From: Rhabdothermincola salaria
GTDB taxonomy: Bacteria > Actinomycetota > Acidimicrobiia > Acidimicrobiales > Acidimicrobilacustridaceae
Direction: 5' to 3'
NCBI RefSeq assembly: GCF_021246445.1
Contig: NZ_JAJQXW010000005.1
Span: 1-64,000, forward strand
DNA: 64,000 bases
Of this stretch, positions 24,201 to 35,085 are shown piece after piece (position 1 is the first letter of the stretch; each line of letters starts with the position of its first letter). Both the position numbers and the translations under genes were made by a program. The notes beneath the pieces were generated by a model, which made no database searches, was not told the origin of the DNA, and saw only the letters and a list, made by a program, of their open reading frames with translations.

Positions 24201-24688
24201 CCGCCCTCGAGCCCCTCGTCGCCGATGTCCTCGGCTACACGCGGTATGCCATCGACGGCCACGTCGACGCAGTCGACGGGCGCGACGACGCCACCGTGGT
24301 GGTGGTCGACCGGGGCGGCATCGGCACCGAGCTGCGTAGCCGCACCGAGGAGGACCCCCAGCTGCGGGGCACCAAGCGCTGGGTCGCCGTCGAGCGCACG
24401 GTGCTGGTGGCCAAGGGCCGCAGCGACGGCCGCACCGTCGTGATCGTGCCGGAGATGACCGACGGCGCACCCACCGGGCTGGTGCTGTTGCACGTGCGCC
24501 TCGAGGACGACCTGCCCCTGCCCGTGCTGCGGTCGGTGCTGCAGGGCTACCGGAACCGCTACGCCGCCATCAAGCACGCCGTCACCGAGACCGAGCCCGT
24601 CTTCCGCGACGACCTGCTCGTCACCGTGCCCGTGGTCGACCTCATGACCGAACCGGTGAACGACCTCGCCGACCGCTGGCGGCCATGA
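21236..24688 (+). CDS. glmS: Glutamine--fructose-6-phosphate aminotransferase-like protein, long form (~1150 aa)
   Basis: MCGII Ntn Cys, RLEVRGRDSAG, GHTRWA, NAHP, SQSGTT, VASTKAF; follows glmM. Confidence 0.85.
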   Translation: MCGIIAVVRQRSDRTPPAPAEVTDALDAASRHLATALELPVDRALIETVASAGRAAHDADRILRGVPGVVALLGSADLAATVENLADGLDRQVVELEARLDAAGAGAVAGSELEALNAAVVAVKDAVWALRRDRLRAARSVAELAGPGAGPSAVAAHLSVHQALSAIDRLEVRGRDSAGLHLLVRDHGLDLDSPAIQAALADRAGDPLFGHRAVRTPEGHLSFVYKAAAEIGELGDNTRHLRDAIRADALLRQALGADDAQVVVLGHTRWASVGIISAPNAHPLNSEELDDTAGSYVTAVLNGDVDNFADLKATEGLRIAPEITTDAKVIPTLTSRAMADGSDLDEAFRRTVNLLEGSVAIAASAAGDPDDLLLALRGSGQALYVGLAEDAFIVASEPYGVVEETDTYLRLDGEVPASPDNPASSGQVVRLHGDAAGTVAGMQRWAYDGTLVPVTDSDLAVAQITTRDIDRGDSPHYLLKEIGEAPASFRKTLRGKLVDGPDGLSVHLGDDVLAPDVRTALADGSISRVLVIGQGTAAVAGRSLVEAVATLAPTSRLRVEAVLATELSGFDLRASMEDTLVVAVSQSGTTTDTNRTVDLVRGRGARVVAVVNRRNSDLTDRADGVLYTSDGRDVEMSVASTKAFYAQIAACYLLAVAIVDARGDVAAPRGELLAALRSMPEAMERVMALRPAIADAARRLAPSRRYWAIVGNGANRIAAEEIRIKLSELCYKAIACDGTEDKKHIDLSSEPMILVCAAGLQGSTADDVAKEVAIYRAHKAAPVVVATEGEERFSAALHVISVPVTHPRLAFVLSAMVGHLFGYEAALAIDAQATPLREARAAIDEAAADGLDGEEALRSLQPALTATATRFYDGLRTGDYDGHLEASTAVRLSSTWRFALGVIGLDAYQLEHGKVGTPGVVLEDLSIALSRAIDELTRPIDAIKHQAKTVTVGISRSDETLLQVPLVKEVLVAGAARDHLTYATLRTLAALEPLVADVLGYTRYAIDGHVDAVDGRDDATVVVVDRGGIGTELRSRTEEDPQLRGTKRWVAVERTVLVAKGRSDGRTVVIVPEMTDGAPTGLVLLHVRLEDDLPLPVLRSVLQGYRNRYAAIKHAVTETEPVFRDDLLVTVPVVDLMTEPVNDLADRWRP

Positions 24689-24737
24689 CCGTCGCCGATC
24701 GGACCCCGGTTCCTGGTGAGGTCGGGGGAGCGCGGCG

Positions 24738-26639
24738 GTGATCGTGGGCATCGGGGTCGACGTCGTCGACCTCGAGCGCTTCGGGGTGGTCCTGGCCCGC
24801 CGGCCCGCCATGGTCGAGCGGCTGTTCACGCCGGCCGAGCGTGAGTACGCGGAGCGCCGCCGCGACCCGGTCGAGCGCTACGCCGTGCGCTTCGCCGCCA
24901 AGGAGGCCGTCCTCAAAGCCCTGGGCGTGGGCATCGGATCGGTGGGCTGGCACGACATCGAGGTGCGCCGCGACGACGACGGTCGGCCGTCGGTCGTGCT
25001 GTCGGGAGCCGCCGCCGACAAAGCCGCCGAGGCCGGGGTCACCCGCTGGCAGGTGTCGTTGACCCACACCGACCTGGTGGCCCAGGCGACGGTGCTGGCC
25101 CAGGGCGCGCCGGCGGCGGACGTCGCATCCGGGCCGGAGGCCCCCACGGCCCCGAGGGGCGCCGCCCACGAGGCCCGCTCGCCCGGGCCCACCGTCGGGT
25201 CGTCCGGCGCCGGAGCCGATGGCGGGCAGGACGGCGCGTCGTTCGCCGTCGACGGCCTCCCCGTCGACGGTGGGTTGGTCCCCATCGTCACGCCCGAGGA
25301 GATGGGGGCCATCGACCGGTCCGCCCCCGAGCCGGTGAAGGTGCTCATCGGCCGGGCGGGTGGGGCGGTCGCTGGTGCTGCGCGCCGGCTGCTCGGTGGC
25401 ACCTACGGACGGCGGGTCGTGGTCCTCGAGGGCAAGGGCAACAACGGCAATGACGGTCGCGAGGCCGCCCGGCGCCTGCGCAGTTGGGGGGTGCGGGTCC
25501 TCGAGCTCGACGTGGCCAGCGCGCCCGGGCGCCTGCCCGACGCCGACCTCGTCATCGATGCCGCGTTCGGCACCGGGTTCCGTGGCGGCTTCCGGGCCCC
25601 GGTCGCGGCCGCGGGAGCGGCCGTCCTCGCCGTCGACATCCCGTCGGGAGTCGACGGTCTCACCGGCGCGCCCAGCGAGCGGGTGCTGGCGGCCGATGCC
25701 ACCCTCACCTTCGCCGCCCTCAAGCCCGGCCTGGTGCTGCCCCCCGGCTCGGAGCTGGCCGGTCGGGTGGAGGTGGCCGACATCGGCCTCGACGTGTCGG
25801 GGGCCCGGGCCCACCTCGTCGGGGCCGCGGCCGTGGCCGGATGGCTCCCCGACGTGCCCGCCACCGGCCACAAGTGGCAGCGGGCCGTGTGGATCGTGGC
25901 CGGCAGCCCGGGGATGGCGGGTGCCGCCGCCCTCTGCGCCGGGGGCGCGGCCCGCGCCGGCGCCGGCTACGTGCGCCTCTCCACCCCCGGGGGTCACCCG
26001 GCCGGCGCGCCGGTGGAGGCCGTGCTCGGCGACCTGCCGGCCTCGGGGTGGGGTGGCGAGGTGCTCGGCGACCTCGACCGCTTCGCCGCCGTGGTCGTCG
26101 GCAACGGGCTGGGGACCTCGCCCGAGATGCGAGCCGAGATCCGATCGGTCGTGGCGGGGGCTGCGGCGCAGGGTGTCCCCACCGTGGTCGACGCCGACGG
26201 GCTGACCGCCCTCGGATCCGACGCCGGGGAGCTGGTGGGCCCGGCCACGGTCCTCACCCCTCACGACGGCGAGTTCGCCCGACTGGCAGGGGAGGCCCCC
26301 GGCGCCGACCGGCTGGCGTCGGCCCGAGCGCTGGCCGAACGAACCGGTGCCGTGGTGCTGCTCAAGGGGCCCTCCACCGTCGTGGCCCACCCCGACGGGC
26401 GGGTCCTGGTCACCACCACCGGTGACCAGCGACTGGCCACCGCCGGCACCGGCGACGTGCTCGCCGGGGTCGTCGGCGCACTCATGGCCCAGGGCCTCGA
26501 TCCGTGGCGGGCCGCGGCGGCCGGCTCGTTCCTCCACGGGCTCGCCGGCGCCCTAGGCTGGCCTCGCGGCCTGGTCGCCGGGGATCTCCCCGCCGCCCTG
26601 CCGGCCGCCATCGCCGAGGTCGCGGCGCTGCGCCCCTAG
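24738..26639 (+). CDS. Fusion: holo-ACP synthase (AcpS) + NAD(P)HX epimerase/dehydratase (NnrE-NnrD)
   Basis: GIGVDVV, RFAAKEAVLKALG, SLTH; then GKGNNGNDG, DIPSG, VDADGL, TPHDGEF, LATAGTGDVL in one ORF. Confidence 0.88.
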   Translation: MIVGIGVDVVDLERFGVVLARRPAMVERLFTPAEREYAERRRDPVERYAVRFAAKEAVLKALGVGIGSVGWHDIEVRRDDDGRPSVVLSGAAADKAAEAGVTRWQVSLTHTDLVAQATVLAQGAPAADVASGPEAPTAPRGAAHEARSPGPTVGSSGAGADGGQDGASFAVDGLPVDGGLVPIVTPEEMGAIDRSAPEPVKVLIGRAGGAVAGAARRLLGGTYGRRVVVLEGKGNNGNDGREAARRLRSWGVRVLELDVASAPGRLPDADLVIDAAFGTGFRGGFRAPVAAAGAAVLAVDIPSGVDGLTGAPSERVLAADATLTFAALKPGLVLPPGSELAGRVEVADIGLDVSGARAHLVGAAAVAGWLPDVPATGHKWQRAVWIVAGSPGMAGAAALCAGGAARAGAGYVRLSTPGGHPAGAPVEAVLGDLPASGWGGEVLGDLDRFAAVVVGNGLGTSPEMRAEIRSVVAGAAAQGVPTVVDADGLTALGSDAGELVGPATVLTPHDGEFARLAGEAPGADRLASARALAERTGAVVLLKGPSTVVAHPDGRVLVTTTGDQRLATAGTGDVLAGVVGALMAQGLDPWRAAAAGSFLHGLAGALGWPRGLVAGDLPAALPAAIAEVAALRP

Positions 26640-26669
26640 ACCTGGACGACCGTCGTCACCGGAGGACCG

Positions 26670-27179
26670 ATGCTGCTGCGAGACACGCCCGTGCGCGACC
26701 TGATGGTCACCGAGGTGCTCACCTTCCGCCCGGCGGACAACGTCCAGGACGCCATGCGGGCGCTCGTCCTGCGCGACATCGACGGGGCTCCCGTGCTCGA
26801 CGACGACGGCCGGGTGGTGGGGGTGCTCTCCACCGCCGACCTGATCGTGGAGGAGTCCCGGATCCCGCTCCCCGCGGTCATCACGCTGCTCGGCGCGGTG
26901 TTGGAGCTCCCGTCGTCCAGGCGACGCTACGAGGAGACGCTCGAGAAGGCCCTCGGGGCCACGGTGGGCGAGGTGATGGCCGACGACGACGTGGTGACCA
27001 TCGGCCCCGACGAGACCCTCGAGACGGCCGCCACGGTCATGCACGATCGCGATGTGTCGCGTCTGCCCGTCGTCGACCACGACGGGGTCCTCGTCGGCTT
27101 GCTGGCGCGAGGCGACATCGTGCGGGCCATCGTCCGCGACGCCGACGCCAGGGGGACGACCAGCCCGACCGAGGGCTGA
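26670..27179 (+). CDS. CBS domain protein
   Basis: Two CBS repeats (GAPVLDDDGRVVGVLSTADL; RLPVVDHDGVLVGLLARGDI). Confidence 0.9.
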   Translation: MLLRDTPVRDLMVTEVLTFRPADNVQDAMRALVLRDIDGAPVLDDDGRVVGVLSTADLIVEESRIPLPAVITLLGAVLELPSSRRRYEETLEKALGATVGEVMADDDVVTIGPDETLETAATVMHDRDVSRLPVVDHDGVLVGLLARGDIVRAIVRDADARGTTSPTEG

Positions 27180-27184
27180 GAGCG

Positions 27185-28291
27185 GTGCGCGCCACGCGGG
27201 CCGACGTCGACCTCGGTGCCATCGCCCACAACGTGGGGGTGCTCAAGGGGCTGGTCGCCCCGGCCGCGGTGTGCGCGGTGGTCAAAGCCGACGGCTACGG
27301 GCACGGGGCCATCGCCGTCAGCCGGGCGGCGCTGGCCGCCGGGGCGGACTGGTTGGCGGTCGCCCTGGTGGAGGAGGGCGTCGTTCTGCGCCGCTCCGAG
27401 ATCGACGCCCCGGTGCTGTTGCTCTCCCAGCCCCGCCTCGACGACATCGCCGCCGCCGTGCGCTTCGATCTGCGGGTGTGCGTCTACACGCCGGAGGCGG
27501 TCGAGGCGGTGGCCGAGGCGGCCAAGCGCGAGCGCCGGTTGGCCCGGGTGCACCTCAAGGTCGACACGGGCATGAACCGGGTCGGCGTGGCCCCACAGGA
27601 CGCGCTCGCCCTCGCCCGCCGCATCGCCGGGCACGGCAGCCTCGAGCTCGAGGGGGTGTTCACGCACCTGGCGGTGGCCGACGAGCCCGGTCACCCCTTC
27701 ACCGACACCCAGCTCGACCGCTTCGACGCGGTTGTGGCCGAGCTCGACGCCGACGGCCTGCGTCCCACGCTGTTGCACGCCGCCAACTCGGCCACCGCCA
27801 TCGAGCATCCCCGGGGCCGCTACGACCTGGTCCGGGCCGGCATCTCCGTCTACGGCATCCCGCCGGCCCCCGTGCTGGCCGACCGGGTCGACCTGCGTCC
27901 GGCCATGACGCTGCGTAGCGAGGTCTCCATGGTCAAGCGGGTGGGGGCGGGGGAGGGCATCTCCTACGGGCTGCGCCACGTCTTCGACCGGGAGACCACC
28001 GTGGCCACCGTGCCGGTGGGCTACGCCGACGGGGTGTCGAGGCGTCTCAGCGCGCTCGGCACCGACGTCCTCGTGGGTGGGCGGCGCTGCCCCATCGTGG
28101 GGACCATCACCATGGACCAGCTGATGGTCGACTGCGGCGACGACGACGTGGCGGTGGGCGACGAGGTGGTGCTCATCGGCCGTCAGGGCGACGAGTGCGT
28201 CACCGCCGAGGAATGGGCCGAGCGGCTCGACACCATCGCCTACGAGGTCGTCTGCGGCATCGGTCCCCGGGTGCCCCGCCGCTACCGCTGA
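27185..28291 (+). CDS. alr: Alanine racemase
   Basis: AVVKADGYGHG, KVDTGMNRVG, GISYG, ITMDQ. Confidence 0.97.
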   Translation: MRATRADVDLGAIAHNVGVLKGLVAPAAVCAVVKADGYGHGAIAVSRAALAAGADWLAVALVEEGVVLRRSEIDAPVLLLSQPRLDDIAAAVRFDLRVCVYTPEAVEAVAEAAKRERRLARVHLKVDTGMNRVGVAPQDALALARRIAGHGSLELEGVFTHLAVADEPGHPFTDTQLDRFDAVVAELDADGLRPTLLHAANSATAIEHPRGRYDLVRAGISVYGIPPAPVLADRVDLRPAMTLRSEVSMVKRVGAGEGISYGLRHVFDRETTVATVPVGYADGVSRRLSALGTDVLVGGRRCPIVGTITMDQLMVDCGDDDVAVGDEVVLIGRQGDECVTAEEWAERLDTIAYEVVCGIGPRVPRRYR

Positions 28292-28369
28292 GCGCCGCCG
28301 GCGACGTCCTGTCCACCGGGGCCGCCAGAGAGCGGTCGTCGCCGAGGCCGGGGAGCGTAGGGTCGGGCC

Positions 28370-29344
28370 ATGCTGACCGACGTCGAGGGAGTCAGGGTCG
28401 GGCACTGGACCGACGAGGTCGCCCGCACCGGGTGCACGGTCGTGGTCCTGCCCGAGGGCACGGTCGCCTCGGGCGAGGTGCGCGGCGGCGCCCCCGCCAC
28501 CCGCGAGTTCGCCCTGCTCGACCCGGCTCGCATCGTCGACCGCCTCGACGCCGTGGTGCTGTCGGGAGGGTCGGCCTTCGGGCTGGCTGCCGCCGACGGC
28601 GTGATGGCCGCCCTGGCCGAGGCCGGCCGGGGCTTTGCGACCGGTGCCGGGCCGGTGCCCATCGTGGTGGGCCTGTCGCTGTTCGACCTGCTCGAGGGCG
28701 ACGGTTCGGTGCGCCCGGGCGCGGGACACGGTGCCGAGGCGCTGGCCTCGGCCCTGGCCGAGCAGCCGCCGTCGCCCGTGCTCGCCGACACGGGCCTGTC
28801 CGTCGCCGCGCTGGGCCGGCTCGGTGCGGGAACGGGGGCCACCGTCGGCAAGTGGCGGGGCCGTGACCACGTTCGCCCCGGAGGGATCGGCGCCGCGACC
28901 GTCCGCCTCCACGACCTCGTGGTCTCGGCCATGGTCGCGGTGAACGCCTTCGGTGACGTCGAGCCCGAACCGGGGCCGTCGGACCACGTGCCCGTCGCGC
29001 TCGAGGACCTGCCCGTCGACGTCGCCACCGGTGCCTTCGGGCCCGCCGCCGGGGCCGGCCTCGCCGAGGAAGCCGCCGGGTTCGGCGGCCCCGGTCCCTC
29101 CTCGGGCCAGAACACCACCATCGGCGTCGTGGTCACCAACGCCACCCTCGACAAGGCCGGGTGCCACCTCGTGGCCCAGGGCGCCCACGACGGCTACGCC
29201 CGGGCCCTGTTCCCACCCCACACCCGGGTCGACGGCGACGCCGTGGTGGCCGCCGCCACCGGGGTCGTGCCCGCCGACGTCGACCTCGTCCGCCTCCTCG
29301 CCGTACGAGCGGTCGACGCCGCCATCCGCGCCGTCGGGCGCTAG
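28370..29344 (+). CDS. P1/DmpA-family (S58) peptidase
   Basis: LTDVEGVRVGH, RGGAPATRE, LSGGSAFGL, NTTIGVV, HTRVDGD. Confidence 0.88.
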   Translation: MLTDVEGVRVGHWTDEVARTGCTVVVLPEGTVASGEVRGGAPATREFALLDPARIVDRLDAVVLSGGSAFGLAAADGVMAALAEAGRGFATGAGPVPIVVGLSLFDLLEGDGSVRPGAGHGAEALASALAEQPPSPVLADTGLSVAALGRLGAGTGATVGKWRGRDHVRPGGIGAATVRLHDLVVSAMVAVNAFGDVEPEPGPSDHVPVALEDLPVDVATGAFGPAAGAGLAEEAAGFGGPGPSSGQNTTIGVVVTNATLDKAGCHLVAQGAHDGYARALFPPHTRVDGDAVVAAATGVVPADVDLVRLLAVRAVDAAIRAVGR

Positions 29345-29397
29345 CACCGGGCTCTCCGGCCGTCGCCGGTCGCGGCCCAGGGCACTAACCTTTCCGG

Positions 29398-29991
29398 GTG
29401 CCTCTCACCCTCGCCGCGCTCGCCGACGACGCGGCCGGTTGCACCCGCTGCCCCCTCGCCGAGACCCGCACCAACGTCGTCTTCGGCACCGGCGACCCCG
29501 TCACCGACCTCATGTTCATCGGAGAGGGGCCCGGCGCCCAGGAGGACGAGCAGGGCCTCCCGTTCGTCGGCCGCTCCGGCCAGCTCCTCGACCGTCTCGT
29601 GCTCGAGGAGCTCGGCCTGACCCGCGACCGCGTCTACATCGCCAACGTCGTCAAGTGCCGCCCCCCGAACAACCGCGATCCCGTGCCCGACGAGATCGCC
29701 GCCTGCCGGCCCTACCTCGAGTCCCAGCTCGAGCTCATCGCCCCGAAGGTCGTGGTCACCCTGGGCAAGTTCGCCGGCCAACTGCTCCTGGCCTCCAAGG
29801 AGGGGATCACCCGCCTCCGGGGCCGCAGCTACCCCTACGGAGGTGCCGTGCTGGTCCCCACCGTCCATCCCGCCTACGTGCTGCGGGGCGGGGCCGAGCC
29901 CATGGCCCAGATGCGCGCCGACCTGGTCCGGGCCCGGCTGGCCCTGCGCGACGCCGGCTCCCCGTTGGCCGAGGCGGTGCCGGCCTCGTGA
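29398..29991 (+). CDS. Uracil-DNA glycosylase, family 4 (Fe-S)
   Basis: [35 protein letters not shown]. Confidence 0.93.
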   Translation: MPLTLAALADDAAGCTRCPLAETRTNVVFGTGDPVTDLMFIGEGPGAQEDEQGLPFVGRSGQLLDRLVLEELGLTRDRVYIANVVKCRPPNNRDPVPDEIAACRPYLESQLELIAPKVVVTLGKFAGQLLLASKEGITRLRGRSYPYGGAVLVPTVHPAYVLRGGAEPMAQMRADLVRARLALRDAGSPLAEAVPAS

Positions 29992-30524
29992 TCTGGGCTC
30001 GTACGACCGGCGTCGAGGACACCCGCGAGTTGGCCGCCGCCCTGGCCGAGCTGGCCCGACCGGGCGACCTGCTCCTGCTGGCGGGCGACCTCGGGGCGGG
30101 CAAGACGGCCTTCACCCAGGGCTTCGGCGCCGCGCTCGGGGTGGACGAGCGCATCACCAGTCCCACCTTCACCCTCGTCAACAGCTACGAGGGGCGCCTC
30201 GAGCTGAACCACCTCGATGCCTACCGGCTCGACTCGGTCAACGAGGTGATCGATCTCGGCGTGCCCGAGATGCTCGACGACGGCGGGGTCACCGTCATCG
30301 AGTGGGGCGACGTGGTGGCCCCCGCCCTCCCGGCCGACTACCTCGAGGTCCGCTTCACCTTCACCGACGGCTCCGACGACGAGCGCCTCCTGGAGCTGGC
30401 GCCCGTGGGGGCCAGGTGGATGGCCCGCACCCGGGCCGTCGCCGCTGCCCTCGCCCCCTGGATCCACGAGGCCGATGCACCCGCTCCCGTGACCGACACC
30501 CCGAGCCCCGAGGACCCCGCCTGA
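29988..30524 (+). CDS. tsaE: t6A biosynthesis ATPase TsaE
   Basis: GDLGAGKTAF, TSPTFTL, HLDAYRL, IEWG. Confidence 0.96.
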   Translation: MIWARTTGVEDTRELAAALAELARPGDLLLLAGDLGAGKTAFTQGFGAALGVDERITSPTFTLVNSYEGRLELNHLDAYRLDSVNEVIDLGVPEMLDDGGVTVIEWGDVVAPALPADYLEVRFTFTDGSDDERLLELAPVGARWMARTRAVAAALAPWIHEADAPAPVTDTPSPEDPA

Positions 30525-31219
30525 TGTTGATCGCCGGCATCGACACCGCCACCATCCAGGTGAGCGTGGCCATCGGCGGCCACGAGGGGGTGCTCGCCTC
30601 CACCCAGTCGTGCCGCGCCCGCCAGCACGCCGAGGTCCTCACCCCGGCCATCGACTTCACCTGTCGCCAGGCCCGCATCGAGCTGTCCGAGATCAGCGTC
30701 GTGGCCGTCGACCTCGGCCCGGGGCTGTTCACCGGCCTGCGGGTCGGCGTGGCCGCGGCCAAGGCCATGGCCCACGCCCTGAAGGTGCCCATGATCGGGG
30801 TGCCCAGCCTCGACCTGCTGGCCTTCCCCGTGCGCTTCACCCCCCGCCTCATCGTCGCCGCCATCGACGCCCGTCGGGGCGAGCTCTTCTACGCCTTCTA
30901 CCGTCAGGTGCCCGGCGGCATCCAGCGCCTCTCACCCCACCAGGTGGGCTCGCCCGACGACCTCGCCTCGGAGCTCCTCGCCGCGGGGGAGGACTGCCTG
31001 CTGGTCGGCGACGGCGCCATCCGCTACCGAGAGGTCTTCGACGGCCTGAAGCGCATCGAGATCGTCGAGGAAGGCCTGGCCTACCCGTCGGCGTCGTCGC
31101 TGGTGATGCTGGCCCACGCCCGGGCCCTGCGGGAGGAGTGGGTGAAGCCCTGGGACCTGCAACCGCTCTACCTCCGCAAACCCGACGCCGAGATCAACTG
31201 GACCACCCGACCCTCGTGA
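30524..31219 (+). CDS. tsaB: t6A biosynthesis protein TsaB
   Basis: IDTAT, GPGLFTGLRVG, DARRGELF, PLYLR. Confidence 0.96.
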   Translation: MLIAGIDTATIQVSVAIGGHEGVLASTQSCRARQHAEVLTPAIDFTCRQARIELSEISVVAVDLGPGLFTGLRVGVAAAKAMAHALKVPMIGVPSLDLLAFPVRFTPRLIVAAIDARRGELFYAFYRQVPGGIQRLSPHQVGSPDDLASELLAAGEDCLLVGDGAIRYREVFDGLKRIEIVEEGLAYPSASSLVMLAHARALREEWVKPWDLQPLYLRKPDAEINWTTRPS

Positions 31220-31851
31220 CCTCGTCCTCGTCCCCTCCGCCGCCCTCGGAGCCCCGCCCGCCCCGATCGGCGCCGCTCGTCGACCTGGTGGTCGAGCCCA
31301 TGCGGCGGCGCCACCTCCGAGGGGTGATGCGCATCGACGCGGCGACGTCCTCGACCCCGTGGTCGCTGGGGCTCTTCGTGGCCGAGCTGGGTCGCGGCGA
31401 CGAGCGCGTCTACCTGGTGGCCCGCGCTGCCGGTCGGGTGGTCGGCTACGCCGGCGCCCTGCTGGTGGCCGGCGAGGCCCACATCACCACCATCGCCGTC
31501 GACCCCGACCACCAGGGCGGGGCCGTGGGCCGCCGCCTGCTGGCGGTGCTCATCCGCCGGGTGCTCGAGCTCGGCACCGTGGCCGTCACGCTCGAGGTGC
31601 GCACCTCCAACGAGGCGGCCAAGGCGTTGTACCGCCGGTTCGGGTTCGTGCCCGCCGGCGTGCGCAAGGGCTACTACTCCAAGCCCACCGAGGACGCGCT
31701 CGTCCTGTGGGCCCACGACGTCGACACCCCCGAGTACGCGGCGCGCCTCGCCGCCATCGAAGCGGCCCTGCCGACCCCGCTCGTCACCGTCGGGCTCCCC
31801 GGCCCCTCGTCGCCCGCCGCCGTCCCCACCCCGGAAGGACCCCCCTCGTGA
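31216..31851 (+). CDS. rimI: Ribosomal-protein-alanine N-acetyltransferase
   Basis: HITTIAV, TLEVRTSN, LYRRFGF, RKGYY; between tsaB and tsaD. Confidence 0.92.
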   Translation: MTSSSSPPPPSEPRPPRSAPLVDLVVEPMRRRHLRGVMRIDAATSSTPWSLGLFVAELGRGDERVYLVARAAGRVVGYAGALLVAGEAHITTIAVDPDHQGGAVGRRLLAVLIRRVLELGTVAVTLEVRTSNEAAKALYRRFGFVPAGVRKGYYSKPTEDALVLWAHDVDTPEYAARLAAIEAALPTPLVTVGLPGPSSPAAVPTPEGPPS

Positions 31852-32855
31852 CCGGTCAACGCATCCTCGGCATCGAGACCAGCTGCGACGAGACCGCCGC
31901 GGCCGTCGTCGTCGACGGCCGAGACGTGCTCTCGTCGGTGGTGTCGAGCCAGGTCGACCTGCACGCCCGCTTCGGCGGGGTCGTGCCCGAGATCGCCAGC
32001 CGGGCCCACGTGGAGCTGCTCACGCCCGTCGTGGCCCGGGCGCTGGTGGAGGCCGGCATCGACGACGACCACGTCGACGCGGTGGCCGCCACCGTCGGGC
32101 CGGGGCTCATCGGGGCGCTGCTGGTGGGCGTGAGCGCGGCCAAGACCCTGGCCCTGGTCTGGGGGGTGCCCTTCGTGGCCGTGAACCACCTGGAGGCCCA
32201 CCTCTACGCCGCCCTGCTCGAGGAGCCGGACCTGGATCTGCCGGTGGTGGTGCTGCTCGTCTCGGGCGGCCACACCCTGGTGGTGCTGATGGAGGGCCGC
32301 GGCCGCTACCGCATCCTCGGCTCGACCATCGACGACGCCGCCGGCGAGGCCTTCGACAAGGTCGCCCGCTACCTGGGCCTCGGGTACCCCGGCGGTCCCG
32401 CCATCGACCGCATCGCCATGGAGGGTGACCCGCAGGCCATCGCCTTCCCCCGGGCCATCCTCGACGAGGGCTACGACTTCTCGTTCTCGGGCCTCAAGAC
32501 GGCCGTGGTGAACCACGTCCGCAAGCACCCGGACGTCGACACCGCCGACGTGGCCGCCTCGTTCCAGGAGGCGGTGGTCGACGTGCTGGTCACCAAGGCC
32601 CGTCGGGCCGCCCGGGACCACGGGGCCAAGGGGCTGTGCCTGGCGGGTGGGGTGGCGGCCAACTCCCAGCTGCGCGAGCGCATCCTCGACGCCTGCATGG
32701 CCGACGGCCTGCAGGCCTTCCTGCCCAGCCGGTCGATGTGCACCGACAACGCCGCCATGGTGGCCGCCGCCGGCTGGTACCGGCTCCGCTCCGACGGGCC
32801 CAGCCCGCTCGACACGGGCGCCTCACCGAACCTGCGGCTCACCTCCACGGTCTGA
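31848..32855 (+). CDS. tsaD: t6A biosynthesis protein TsaD
   Basis: LGIETSCDET, GGVVPEIASRAH, NHLEAH, DDAAGEAFDK, CTDNAAM. Confidence 0.98.
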   Translation: MTGQRILGIETSCDETAAAVVVDGRDVLSSVVSSQVDLHARFGGVVPEIASRAHVELLTPVVARALVEAGIDDDHVDAVAATVGPGLIGALLVGVSAAKTLALVWGVPFVAVNHLEAHLYAALLEEPDLDLPVVVLLVSGGHTLVVLMEGRGRYRILGSTIDDAAGEAFDKVARYLGLGYPGGPAIDRIAMEGDPQAIAFPRAILDEGYDFSFSGLKTAVVNHVRKHPDVDTADVAASFQEAVVDVLVTKARRAARDHGAKGLCLAGGVAANSQLRERILDACMADGLQAFLPSRSMCTDNAAMVAAAGWYRLRSDGPSPLDTGASPNLRLTSTV

Positions 32856-32895
32856 CGGCGAGTGGGGTTGCCCCCTGCTCGCACCGCGCCTATCG

Positions 32896-32922
32896 TTAGC
32901 ACTCGGTCAGCGAGAGTGCTAA
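32896..32922 (+). promoter_or_regulatory. CIRCE element (HrcA operator), perfect
   Basis: TTAGCACTC-N9-GAGTGCTAA upstream of groES. Confidence 0.97.
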
Positions 32923-32946
32923 GCGCTCTCGGCCCGAGAGTGCTAG
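32920..32946 (+). promoter_or_regulatory. Second, degenerate CIRCE overlapping the first
   Basis: TAAGCGCTC-N9-GAGTGCTAG. Confidence 0.75.
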
Positions 32947-32972
32947 ATACCCCGCCAACGGAGGCGCCGTAC

Positions 32973-34933
<1,961 letters not shown>

Positions 34934-34979
34934 CCCAGGCTCCGGCCTGAGCACACCCGCTCGAACCCGAAGAACCCGA

Positions 34980-35011
34980 ACGGAGGGGCCGGCTCAGCCC
35001 GGCCCCTCCGT
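34980..35011 (+). terminator. Hairpin after groEL
   Basis: ACGGAGGGGCCGG-N6-CCGGCCCCTCCGT, 13-bp stem. Confidence 0.7.
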
Positions 35012-35085
35012 CGCGTCCGGGCCCGGGTTCGCTCGCCGACACGATGCGGGGTCCGGGACGGGGCCGGGCTCGGTAACCTCCGATC

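Noticed and set aside
21074..24829. 1251-aa minus-strand ORF and similar long antisense or alternate-frame ORFs throughout
   Set aside because: Shadow ORFs caused by high GC3 bias opposite well-supported genes; no recognisable motifs
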